The position numbers and the translations under genes are program-made. Shown here one piece after another: positions 19,669-27,774 of a DNA stretch of 48,237 nucleotides (position 1 is the first letter of the stretch; the number at the start of each line of letters is the position of its first letter). Source of the stretch: Patescibacteria group bacterium (GTDB lineage: Bacteria; Patescibacteriota; Microgenomatia; UBA10105; UBA927); assembly GCA_038062895.1 (NCBI GenBank), contig JBBTWJ010000011.1, positions 1 to 48,237 on the forward strand, given 5' to 3'. A model generated the notes under the pieces. That model made no database searches, had not been told where the DNA came from, and saw only the letters and a list, made by a program, of their open reading frames with translations.

Positions 19669-20385
19669 TTATTCCACATCGATCGTTGAGTCGTTGAGGA
19701 TATATGCAGCATTTTCATTTTGGTCAAATCCTTCAACGAAAGACTCGTAGGATGTCGGTCCTTTTTTTCCAAATTGACTGAGTATTTCATTTGGATTTAC
19801 CCATTTAGTCTGTCGCAGAGCCAAATATTCCCTGTATGAACTATATTCCCAGCTTCGCAAGGCCTGGCCTTGCGAAGCTAAGTCTTTTGGTTTTATAAGA
19901 CTGATCGGGTTTCTGTGAATGTAGCGCGTGAGGTAGAGTAGCTGCTCATCAGAATTAATCAATACCGCTTTATAGACTCCTTGAAACAGCGGGCCGACTC
20001 GTTTATATTTTTTGTTGAAATACATGGTATAGCGAGTGCCCAAGGAATTGAGAAAACGATCAATAATGTCTTCATCTTGTTGGTGAACGAGAAAATGAAA
20101 ATGATTGGGCATGAGGCAGTATGCGAGAAGCGATAGACTTTCATGAAAGTTATTCAGTCTGAGAAGTTTTATGGCTTTATCTTTGGCACGCCATGGTGAA
20201 GTCTCGTCCATGATGGTTGCCCGAAGCGCAATTTCATCTTTTGGTTCTAAATAGGTTTTGAGATAGGAGAGGAATACACCATAATCTTGTCGATCTCGAA
20301 AAATCTTTTGTTTATCAACGCCTCTGTTGTACAGGTGATACCGGGCGTCTGATGCATATTGTTTCGTTCGATTTTTCGCTGGCAT
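19669..20385 (-). CDS. REP-associated tyrosine transposase-like HUH nuclease (Y1_Tnp), RAYT-1
   Basis: YHLYNRG, AYCLMPNHFH (HUH), GPLFQG.YK, YIHRNP catalytic Tyr, YSSY; flanked by palindromes. Confidence 0.9.
   Translation of the reverse strand: MPAKNRTKQYASDARYHLYNRGVDKQKIFRDRQDYGVFLSYLKTYLEPKDEIALRATIMDETSPWRAKDKAIKLLRLNNFHESLSLLAYCLMPNHFHFLVHQQDEDIIDRFLNSLGTRYTMYFNKKYKRVGPLFQGVYKAVLINSDEQLLYLTRYIHRNPISLIKPKDLASQGQALRSWEYSSYREYLALRQTKWVNPNEILSQFGKKGPTSYESFVEGFDQNENAAYILNDSTIDVE
19851..19879. repeat. Family A REP inside the RAYT-1 CDS (LASQGQALRS)
   Basis: Perfect 29-bp copy between RNP and YSSY. Confidence 0.95.
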
Positions 20386-20410
20386 ATCTTCAACTTATCA
20401 TAGAATTTCT

Positions 20411-20439
20411 AGCTTCGCAAGGCCAGGCCTTGCGAAGCT
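20411..20439. repeat. Family A REP, upstream flank of RAYT-1 (opposite orientation)
   Basis: AGCTTCGCAAGGC-CAG-GCCTTGCGAAGCT. Confidence 0.95.
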
Positions 20440-20555
20440 AAGATTTCAGATTATTAGGAGTAATTTTTGAAATGACGACACAATGTGGACAACATAAAAG
20501 CGAATACTAGACTTTGATACCTTCAACGGATAATATCTTGATGAGGCCTCTAATC

Positions 20556-20984
20556 ATGAATACTAATCCAACTACCCATAAATTTGTTGCAGTGCTCAAT
20601 AAGAAGATCGAAACCGGCAAACTCATGAACGGGTTGGGGCATATGGCTGCCGGTTTATCTGCGCTTGTTCCGGATATAGACGCAATGCGATTTGACAGCT
20701 ATATCGATAAGGACGGTGGGGTTCACCCAAGTATATCCGATAATCCATTTATCATACTATCGAGTGATAACTCCAACCAGATCCGTACGTTGAGAAACAC
20801 CCTCAAAGAACATGCGATCCCGTATACAGATTTTACCAGCACCATGACCGTTGGCACGTTTGCAGAACAAAAACAGAGAACAAGTGAAACAATAGAAGCA
20901 GAACTTGAATATTACGGCATCTGTTTTTTCGGTGATCGGATGGTACTTTCCGAATTAACAAAGAAATTTTCACTTTGGAGATAA
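20556..20984 (+). CDS. DUF2000-like protein (PTH2-like fold)
   Basis: KFVAVLNKK...GKLMN.LGH..GL, Y.DKDG..HP.IS, LEYYGICFFG, LTKKFSLW. Confidence 0.65.
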   Translation: MNTNPTTHKFVAVLNKKIETGKLMNGLGHMAAGLSALVPDIDAMRFDSYIDKDGGVHPSISDNPFIILSSDNSNQIRTLRNTLKEHAIPYTDFTSTMTVGTFAEQKQRTSETIEAELEYYGICFFGDRMVLSELTKKFSLWR

Positions 20985-21013
20985 TCTATCAGAATAATAT
21001 TCTACAACTCACT

Positions 21014-21433
21014 ATGCTTACAGATGCTGAAAAAAAGAAACTGAAATCCGCAGTAATGGACGCCATGAAGCACGCGTATCCCAAGGGCGCCGTCACAACG
21101 TACGCCGCGGCGGTACTCACAAAATTAGGAAATATTTACAGCGCGGCGCAATATTTTTCCGACACGTATTCGCTTACGCTTCACGGTGAGCAATGTGCCC
21201 TAAGTCATGCGGCCGTCCATGGAGAAGGGGAGATCGTCGCCATGGCAGTCTCGAGCAATGAAAAGCTTGCAAAAGGAGAGTTTTGCTATCCTTGCCACAT
21301 GTGCAAACAGCTTCTATACGAAAGCCAGCGCCGGTCAAAATTACCCATGACGATCCTGCTCCTTAATCAATCGGGAGAAGAAAAAGAACTTCTCCTTGAC
21401 GAAATGCTCGGCTCCTACCTCTGGCCGAAGTGA
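21014..21433 (+). CDS. Cytidine deaminase family protein
   Basis: HGE...PCHMC zinc motif, AYP, AAVLT..G.IY. Confidence 0.75.
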   Translation: MLTDAEKKKLKSAVMDAMKHAYPKGAVTTYAAAVLTKLGNIYSAAQYFSDTYSLTLHGEQCALSHAAVHGEGEIVAMAVSSNEKLAKGEFCYPCHMCKQLLYESQRRSKLPMTILLLNQSGEEKELLLDEMLGSYLWPK

Positions 21434-21448
21434 CCGTATCAATTATTT

Positions 21449-21477
21449 AGCTTCACCAAGTCAGACTTGGCGAAGCT
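21449..21477. repeat. REP variant A' (one mismatch), intergenic
   Basis: AGCTTCACCAAGT-CAG-ACTTGGCGAAGCT followed by AGTTTTTTCCC, as at 12082. Confidence 0.85.
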
Positions 21478-21550
21478 AGTTTTTTCCCACATAGTATTTT
21501 TTACATGCTTCGCGATCTTTGATTGCACAATCAAAGTGGAGTGGTATATT

Positions 21551-22603
21551 ATGACAGCCATGCAGGAATCCATTGACCGTGTACAGTTTCTCTCTACGTT
21601 TTCCAAAACCCACAGTGCCCAGTCCGTTGTCGATCAGTTGACCAAACTCAAGTCAATGAAGATCCTCGTCATCGGCGAGGCGATTATCGATGAATACCAC
21701 TATACGAGCCCGATGGGGAAATCTTCCAAAGAGCCGTTGGTCGTCCACCGCTACGCGCGGGAAGAATCCTTTGCCGGCGGGGCTCTTGCCACCGTCAACC
21801 ACACCGCGGCGCTATCGGACAACGTGAAACTCGTCACGCTTTTGGGTAAATCCCCGTCGTATGAAGCCTTCATCAGATCGCATTTGCAAAAAACCATTCG
21901 GCCCAAGTTTTTTTCCCGGGAAGGGTCGACGATCATTAAACGTCGGTATATCGACCAATACGCGAACCAGAAATTATTTCAGGTGAGCTTCATCTGGGAT
22001 GACATGATTACGCCGCAGCTGGAAAAGACCATTGCGGTTTATCTCACCCGCGAGCTCCCCAAGTATGATTGCGTCATGGTCAATGACTTCGGTCATGGAT
22101 TTTTGACGTCTAAACTCATCCGGCTTATTGCCCGCAAATCGAAGATTCTTGCTCTGAATGTGCAAGCCAACAGTGCCAACTATGGCTTTAACATCGTCAC
22201 CAAATATCCACGTGCGGACATCGTCACGACCGATATCCATGAGATCAGACTTGCCACCCATGACCGCTATAGCGATATCTTGAAGCTGGCCCGTAGTATC
22301 GCACGGCATCTGCACACGCAGACGTTAGTAGTCACCCGCGGCCCGCATGGCGCCACGGGGTATACGAAGGACAAAGGGTTTGTGGATGCGCCGGCCTTCA
22401 CGGATCGGATTATCGATCGAGTGGGAGCAGGTGACGCATTATATTCCGTCATCGCGCCGTGTTTGGCCAGTGGTATGGATTTAACCACGGCATTATTTAT
22501 GGGGAACGTTGCGGCGGCCATCAAAATTCAAACCGTCGGCAATAAGATGCCTGTGACGTTTGACGATCTGAAGGAGTTTATTGCAAAGCTTTTAGCCTCG
22601 TAA
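21551..22603 (+). CDS. PfkB-family sugar-phosphate kinase, RfaE(HldE) domain I-like
   Basis: LVIGEAIIDEY, DFGHG, DRVGAGD anion-hole motif; start 21551 or 21560. Confidence 0.85.
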   Translation: MTAMQESIDRVQFLSTFSKTHSAQSVVDQLTKLKSMKILVIGEAIIDEYHYTSPMGKSSKEPLVVHRYAREESFAGGALATVNHTAALSDNVKLVTLLGKSPSYEAFIRSHLQKTIRPKFFSREGSTIIKRRYIDQYANQKLFQVSFIWDDMITPQLEKTIAVYLTRELPKYDCVMVNDFGHGFLTSKLIRLIARKSKILALNVQANSANYGFNIVTKYPRADIVTTDIHEIRLATHDRYSDILKLARSIARHLHTQTLVVTRGPHGATGYTKDKGFVDAPAFTDRIIDRVGAGDALYSVIAPCLASGMDLTTALFMGNVAAAIKIQTVGNKMPVTFDDLKEFIAKLLAS

Positions 22604-22642
22604 GGTACTACCTTGCGAAGCTGCAAGGTAGTACCTTGCAAA
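22594..22642. repeat. Family B REP doublet (29-bp plus 19-bp hairpin)
   Basis: AGCCTCGTAAGGTACTACCTTGCGAAGCTGCAAGGTAGTACCTTGCAAA; contains the kinase stop codon. Confidence 0.9.
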
Positions 22643-22649
22643 CTTGTAT

Positions 22650-23684
22650 ATGACTATTCTCGTTACTGGTGGCGCAGGCTACGTAGGAGCTCTCCTCGTT
22701 CCCATGTTGCTCAAAAAAGGCTATCACGTCCGTGTATTGGATCTGTTTCTCTATGGTGATGTGCTCCCGCCTCACAAAAATCTTGAACTCGTGAGCGGCG
22801 ACATTCGGGAAGGTAGAGTGATCAAAAAAGCATTGAACGGTGGGATCGACACCGTTATCCATCTGGCGTGCATCTCCAACGATCCGAGCTTTGAGCTAGA
22901 TCCCGCTTTGGGAAAATCCATTAACTATGACGCGACCATTCAACTCATTGATTTGTCAAAACAGGCAGGTGTCAGGCGGTTTATCTATGCTTCCAGTTCG
23001 AGTGTCTACGGCGTAAAGAGCGAAAAAAATGTCACGGAAGATTTGCCTCTCACACCTCTTACGGATTATTCCAAATATAAAGCGCTTTGCGAAGAGTATT
23101 TGTTGAAACTTCAGGATAAGAATTTCACCCCGGTCATCATCCGGCCCGCGACGGTGTGTGGGTTTAGCCCCAGGATGCGCCTTGATCTCACCGTCAACAT
23201 TTTGACGATCAGCGCGTTGGTCCATAAATCTATGACGGTTTTTGGAGGATCGCAGAAGCGGCCCAATATCTATATTGCGGATATGTGTCGCGCGTATATC
23301 AGATTATTGACAGCCCCCAAGAAAAAGATCGCAGGGAAGATTTTCAATGCAGGATTTCAAAACTATACCGTGATGGAGTTGGCAAAAATGGTCAAGCGGG
23401 TTCTCGGAGATCCTTCCATTGCTATTGATGTCAAACCCACGAGCGACAATCGTTCCTATCATATATCTTCCGCAAAAATGAAAAAGGAGCTGGGATTTGA
23501 GGCTAAACACACGGTCGAGGAGGCGATAGGAGATATCAAAAAAGCCTATGAAAAAGGATTACTGCCCGACGCCCTGACGGATAGCCGATATTATAATATC
23601 CGCATGTTGTCATCCTCGGGCTTGACCCGGGGATCCAGTTCTTTGTCAAAGATGGATTCCCGCCTTCGCGGGAATGACAGGTGA
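22650..23684 (+). CDS. NAD-dependent epimerase/dehydratase (extended SDR)
   Basis: TGGAGYVG, ASSSSVYG, YSKYK; C-terminal ~24 aa derive from a family C element. Confidence 0.9.
   Translation: MTILVTGGAGYVGALLVPMLLKKGYHVRVLDLFLYGDVLPPHKNLELVSGDIREGRVIKKALNGGIDTVIHLACISNDPSFELDPALGKSINYDATIQLIDLSKQAGVRRFIYASSSSVYGVKSEKNVTEDLPLTPLTDYSKYKALCEEYLLKLQDKNFTPVIIRPATVCGFSPRMRLDLTVNILTISALVHKSMTVFGGSQKRPNIYIADMCRAYIRLLTAPKKKIAGKIFNAGFQNYTVMELAKMVKRVLGDPSIAIDVKPTSDNRSYHISSAKMKKELGFEAKHTVEEAIGDIKKAYEKGLLPDALTDSRYYNIRMLSSSGLTRGSSSLSKMDSRLRGNDR
23608..23679. repeat. Family C element forming the C-terminus of the epimerase
   Basis: TGTCATCCTCGGGCTTGACCCGGGGATCCAG...TGGATTCCCGCCTTCGCGGGAATGACA. Confidence 0.9.
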
Positions 23685-23698
23685 ATATAGGTGAATCT

Positions 23699-24649
23699 AT
23701 GAAAATAGATAAAACACTGTTTTATCAGACGCTTCGTATCCGTATGGTGGAGGAGGCGATAGCCCGCGAGTATCCCAAACAGGAAATGCGCTGTCCCACT
23801 CATCTTTGTATCGGGCAGGAGGCGATCGCCGCAGGCGTTTGTGCGGCTCTGGCAAAGGAAGATGTTGTTTTTTCGACCCACCGTTCCCACGGGCATTACC
23901 TGGCAAAGGGCGGCAATTTGCCGGCAATGATTGCGGAACTCTATGGTAAAGCGACCGGTTGTTCCGGAGGTATCGGCGGCTCGATGCACCTTATTGACTT
24001 GAAAGCGAATTTTTTGGGGGCTGCGCCCATCGTTGCTTCCACGATTTCCGTCGCCGTGGGTGTCGCGTTTGCCCGAAAGATGCAAAATAAGCCAGGAATT
24101 GTGGTTGCATTTTTTGGCGACGCGGCAGTCGAGGAGGGGACGGCGCATGAAGTCATGAATTTTGCGGTTCTCAAGCGCCTTCCGGTGCTCTTTGTGTGTG
24201 AAAACAATTTATACTCAACAGTCACTCATTTACGTGATAGACAGCCCCGTCGTCCTATCGCTGATTTTGCCCGCGGTCATGGCATGAAGGCTTTGACCAT
24301 AGATGGACAGGACGTACGGCAGGTTTTTGCCCGCGCGAAAAAATTTGTAGATACTGTCCGCAGCGGAACAGGGCCAATGTTCCTCGAATGTCTTACCTAC
24401 CGCTATCGCGAACACTGCGGCCCCAACGAAGACGGGCCTGCATTGCGTCCCGCCGCGGAACTCATGCGATGGAAACGGAATGATCCGGTGGTGGGTATGA
24501 CACGATTTTTTAAAGAAAAAGATCTTGATGCCATGCGAGAAAAGATAGGTAAGGAAATCCGGGATGCATTTACGTTTGCCCGTCAGAGCCCGTTTCCTGT
24601 CGTGAATATGAGGGATGACCATCTTGTCTATAAGGAGTCCCGGCCATGA
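23699..24649 (+). CDS. TPP-dependent dehydrogenase E1 component alpha-like
   Basis: HLCIGQEA, HRSHGH, GGSMH, GDAA..EG...CENN TPP motif. Confidence 0.9.
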   Translation: MKIDKTLFYQTLRIRMVEEAIAREYPKQEMRCPTHLCIGQEAIAAGVCAALAKEDVVFSTHRSHGHYLAKGGNLPAMIAELYGKATGCSGGIGGSMHLIDLKANFLGAAPIVASTISVAVGVAFARKMQNKPGIVVAFFGDAAVEEGTAHEVMNFAVLKRLPVLFVCENNLYSTVTHLRDRQPRRPIADFARGHGMKALTIDGQDVRQVFARAKKFVDTVRSGTGPMFLECLTYRYREHCGPNEDGPALRPAAELMRWKRNDPVVGMTRFFKEKDLDAMREKIGKEIRDAFTFARQSPFPVVNMRDDHLVYKESRP

Positions 24650-25722
24650 GGAAGCTCACCTACGCCCAGGCCATTAACGAAGCTCAAGCGATTGCCCTTA
24701 CCCGGGACAGCAGTGTTTTTCTCATCGGAGAAGGCGTGCCGGATGCTAAGGGAATTTTCGGTACTACCGTGGGCCTTGCGGACAAATTTCCTGGGAGAGT
24801 CCTGGATATGCCGGTAGCCGAAAATGGGATGACCGGCATTTGCGTGGGCGCGGCGATATCTGGCATGCGTCCGATTATTGTGCACGCCCGGATGGACTTT
24901 ACCCTCATGGCTTTTGACGCGATTGCCAATACTGCGGCGAAATGGTTTTTCATGTTCGGACAACAGCAAAGCGTTCCGATTGTCATCCGTATGATTGTAG
25001 GACGGGGATGGGGACCGGGGCCGCAGCACGCCCAAAGTTTGCAGGCGCTCTACTCCCACATTCCGGGACTCAAAGTGGTTATGCCCACTGTTCCCTCTGA
25101 TGCGAAGGGTTTGTTTCTGTCTGCTATTGCCGATAACAATCCGGTTATATTCATCGAACACCGCTGGCTCCATGGGCTGACGGGAGATGTGCCGAACGGT
25201 TATTACACTGTTCCAATTGGCACCGCGCGGATTGCCCAAAAAGGAAACGATGTGACGATTGTGGGAGCATCGCATATGACGATAGAAGCCATCCGTGCCG
25301 CGAAAGCGTTGATGGGAGAGGGAATTCATGCGGAAGTCGTAGACCTGCGGTCCGTCCGTCCGCTCGATCGTGAGACAATTCTCCGATCCGTGAAGAAAAC
25401 GCATCGTTTGATCGTCGCCGATACCGGCTGGAAATCCTTTGGCATCGGGGCAGAAATTGTGGCGATGGTTGCCGAATCCGGTATACGGTTGGCGGCGCCA
25501 CCGCTGCGCATCGCTCTTCCTGATCTGCCCACCCCCACGAGTTCGGCATTGGCTGCCTCGTACTACCCGACGAGCGTTGATATCTTTAGGAGCGGCCTCG
25601 TTCTTGTTGGAAAAAAACAATCCTTTGTCGATCGTGCAACAGCGCGCTATTCCTCTGCCGTCACCGGTACCCCCGGCTATGCCGCCGACCAACCCGACCC
25701 CACCTTCCTCGGCCCATTTTAG
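24646..25722 (+). CDS. TPP-dependent dehydrogenase E1 component beta-like
   Basis: DMPVAE, GPQHAQ, PVIFIEHR, DLRSVRPLD. Confidence 0.9.
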   Translation: MRKLTYAQAINEAQAIALTRDSSVFLIGEGVPDAKGIFGTTVGLADKFPGRVLDMPVAENGMTGICVGAAISGMRPIIVHARMDFTLMAFDAIANTAAKWFFMFGQQQSVPIVIRMIVGRGWGPGPQHAQSLQALYSHIPGLKVVMPTVPSDAKGLFLSAIADNNPVIFIEHRWLHGLTGDVPNGYYTVPIGTARIAQKGNDVTIVGASHMTIEAIRAAKALMGEGIHAEVVDLRSVRPLDRETILRSVKKTHRLIVADTGWKSFGIGAEIVAMVAESGIRLAAPPLRIALPDLPTPTSSALAASYYPTSVDIFRSGLVLVGKKQSFVDRATARYSSAVTGTPGYAADQPDPTFLGPF

Positions 25723-25769
25723 CTTCGCAAGGTACTACCTTGCGAAGCTGCAAGGTAGTACCTTGCAAA
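25721..25769. repeat. Family B REP doublet, upstream flank of RAYT-2
   Basis: AGCTTCGCAAGGTA-C-TACCTTGCGAAGCT plus GCAAGGTAGTACCTTGCAAA; overlaps the TAG stop of E1 beta. Confidence 0.95.
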
Positions 25770-25803
25770 ATGAATTCCAGGGAGTATACTGAAGCGAAAC
25801 ACT

Positions 25804-26499
25804 ATGCCGGCAAAGAATTCTGTTAAGGAATTTGTATCTGATTCGTATTACCATATATATAACCGCGGGGTGGAGAAACGAACGATTTTTCAGGATCCCC
25901 AGGATTATGCCGTATTTCTTTCTTATTTAAAAACGTATTTACTCCCCAAAGATGAAATTGCGCTGCGATCAGTTATTACCGATCAAAAACGTTCGTATAA
26001 AGAAAAGGATCTTGCCCTAAAAGCGCTAAAACTCAATAATTTTTCTGATTCTTTAAGACTGATTTCTTACTGTCTGATGCCGAATCATTTCCATTTTCTC
26101 GTGAAACAAACAGAAGCCATGACGATTGATCGGTTTATGCAGTCATTTTGTACCCGCTACACACTGTATTTTAATCGTAAATATCGGAGAGTTGGGGGTT
26201 TGTTTCAAGGATTGTATAAAGCGGTTCGGATTACGACAGATGAACAGCTTCTTCATGTATCTCGATATATCCACCGTAATCCTATAACTTTAGCTTCGCA
26301 AGGTACTACCTTGCGAAGCTATACGTATTCATCATACTTGAAATTTCTTAGCGATATTCATGTAGCATGGGTACATCCGGAGGATATTTTAGAATATTTT
26401 AATAAATCCGGATACAAAGGATACCAAAAGTTTGTTGAAGGTCCGGCAGAAGAGGAAAATCTGCGGTTAATTCTTACGATGACCCTTGATGATGAATAA
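25804..26499 (+). CDS. REP-associated tyrosine transposase-like HUH nuclease (Y1_Tnp), RAYT-2
   Basis: YHIYNRG, YCLMPNHFH, GGLFQG.YK, YIHRNP, YSSY; clear paralog of RAYT-1. Confidence 0.9.
   Translation: MPAKNSVKEFVSDSYYHIYNRGVEKRTIFQDPQDYAVFLSYLKTYLLPKDEIALRSVITDQKRSYKEKDLALKALKLNNFSDSLRLISYCLMPNHFHFLVKQTEAMTIDRFMQSFCTRYTLYFNRKYRRVGGLFQGLYKAVRITTDEQLLHVSRYIHRNPITLASQGTTLRSYTYSSYLKFLSDIHVAWVHPEDILEYFNKSGYKGYQKFVEGPAEEENLRLILTMTLDDE
26292..26320. repeat. Family B REP inside the RAYT-2 CDS (LASQGTTLRS)
   Basis: Perfect AGCTTCGCAAGGTACTACCTTGCGAAGCT between RNP and YSSY. Confidence 0.95.
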
Positions 26500-26502
26500 T
26501 TT

Positions 26503-26528
26503 AGCCTCGCAAGGTACTACCTTGCAAA
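26503..26528. repeat. Family B REP (collapsed doublet), downstream flank of RAYT-2
   Basis: AGCCTCGCAAGGTACTACCTTGCAAA. Confidence 0.9.
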
Positions 26529-26570
26529 CATTGTAAATACATTGCGTTGTGCGCCTCTCCATGCTAGAGT

Positions 26571-27725
26571 ATGCGATATCGTATGAAACCACCTTCATGG
26601 AAATTGCCCTACGCGTATCTCAAAAAACAGTTCGAACGGCCGGGCACGTATCTTAAAAAAATTGAAGCGGTTGCCCGTCGCGGGGATTTTACGCTCGGGA
26701 AAGAGGTCGCTGTTTTTGAAGCGCAGGCTGCCAAAATGCTGGGCGTCAACCATGTTATCGGCGTGGGCAACGGGACGGACGCCATATATCTCGTTCTTAA
26801 AGCTCTTGGTATCGGGGCAGGGGACGAGGTTATCACTGCTCCGAATAGTTTTGTGGCGACTGCTGCGGCCATTGCATTAACGGGCGCCCGGCCGGTATTT
26901 GCCGATGTGCGGGATGACTATACTATCGACCCCCAACTCGTTGAAAAAGTAATCACAATAAAAACAAAAGCCATCATTCCCGTCCACCTCACGGGTCAGC
27001 CCGCGGATATGAAGCCAATTATGGCCATCGCCAAGCGCCACAATTTGGCAGTTGTCGAGGACGTGGCGCAGGCATATCTCGCGCGCTACGACGGCAAATA
27101 TCTGGGAACCATCGGGACGGCGGGGGCCTATAGCTTCCACCCGATGAAGATTCTCCACGTCTGGGGCGACGGCGGGATGATTGCGACCAATGATGCGATT
27201 CTCGCCGCCAAACTTAAGCTCTGGCGCAACCACGGTTTAAAGACGAGAAACGAGGTTGAATTTTTTGCCCATAACAGCAGACTGGATACCATCCACGCCG
27301 CGATTGCTTCGGTCCTTTTGCCCCAGATGCCTGGTGTGGTCCAAAAGCGCCAGGCACTTGCCCGGATGTATGACCGGCTCCTTAAGCCGCTTGATCAGTA
27401 TGTGCATGTACCCGATAGAAATCTGTGTGTTGCTCCCATAGTTCATACGTACACCAATTATGTCGTGATGGCCAAACGTCGGGATGAACTGATCGCGTAT
27501 CTTGCCAAACAGGGGATAGAGGCCGTCATCCAATATCCTATCCCCATTCATTTGCAGAAAGCCGCCCGGTATTTGGGATACAAAAAGGGAGATTTTCCTG
27601 TTTGTGAGCACCAGGCCGATGAAATCGTCACCCTGCCGTGTAACCAATACATGACCACGAAGGATGTGCGCTTTGTTGCCGATACAATGCGCGCGTTCTA
27701 TGTCAAGCGCGCGATAGCGATATGA
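26571..27725 (+). CDS. DegT/DnrJ/EryC1/StrS PLP-dependent sugar aminotransferase
   Basis: GNGTDA, IPVHLTG, EDVAQ, SFHPMK, GDGG, NSRLD; start 26571 or 26583. Confidence 0.9.
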   Translation: MRYRMKPPSWKLPYAYLKKQFERPGTYLKKIEAVARRGDFTLGKEVAVFEAQAAKMLGVNHVIGVGNGTDAIYLVLKALGIGAGDEVITAPNSFVATAAAIALTGARPVFADVRDDYTIDPQLVEKVITIKTKAIIPVHLTGQPADMKPIMAIAKRHNLAVVEDVAQAYLARYDGKYLGTIGTAGAYSFHPMKILHVWGDGGMIATNDAILAAKLKLWRNHGLKTRNEVEFFAHNSRLDTIHAAIASVLLPQMPGVVQKRQALARMYDRLLKPLDQYVHVPDRNLCVAPIVHTYTNYVVMAKRRDELIAYLAKQGIEAVIQYPIPIHLQKAARYLGYKKGDFPVCEHQADEIVTLPCNQYMTTKDVRFVADTMRAFYVKRAIAI

Positions 27726-27739
27726 TGTCAATTTTCCGT

Positions 27740-27774
27740 TCTTACGTCCTGGGTCTTACGTCTTACGTCCTACT
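27740..27774. repeat. TCTTACG heptamer array, intergenic
   Basis: TCTTACG TCCTGGG TCTTACG TCTTACG TCCTACT, directly before the ATG. Confidence 0.75.

Noticed and set aside
24628-25692. 354-aa antisense ORF
   Set aside because: Shadow of the E1 beta gene, with no recognisable motifs.
23699-25722. Housekeeping pyruvate dehydrogenase (pdhA/pdhB symbols)
   Set aside because: No E2/E3 nearby and the context is an NDP-sugar operon, so symbols were withheld.
19669-26499. IS200/IS605 insertion sequences
   Set aside because: The proteins are ~235 aa with RAYT-type NP...SSY motifs, there is no TnpB, and the hairpins are dispersed as REPs rather than limited to element ends.
12081-26528. Hairpins at gene ends as ordinary Rho-independent terminators
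   Set aside because: Identical sequences also occur inside CDSs and in both orientations, mostly without U-tracts; secondary terminator activity is not excluded.
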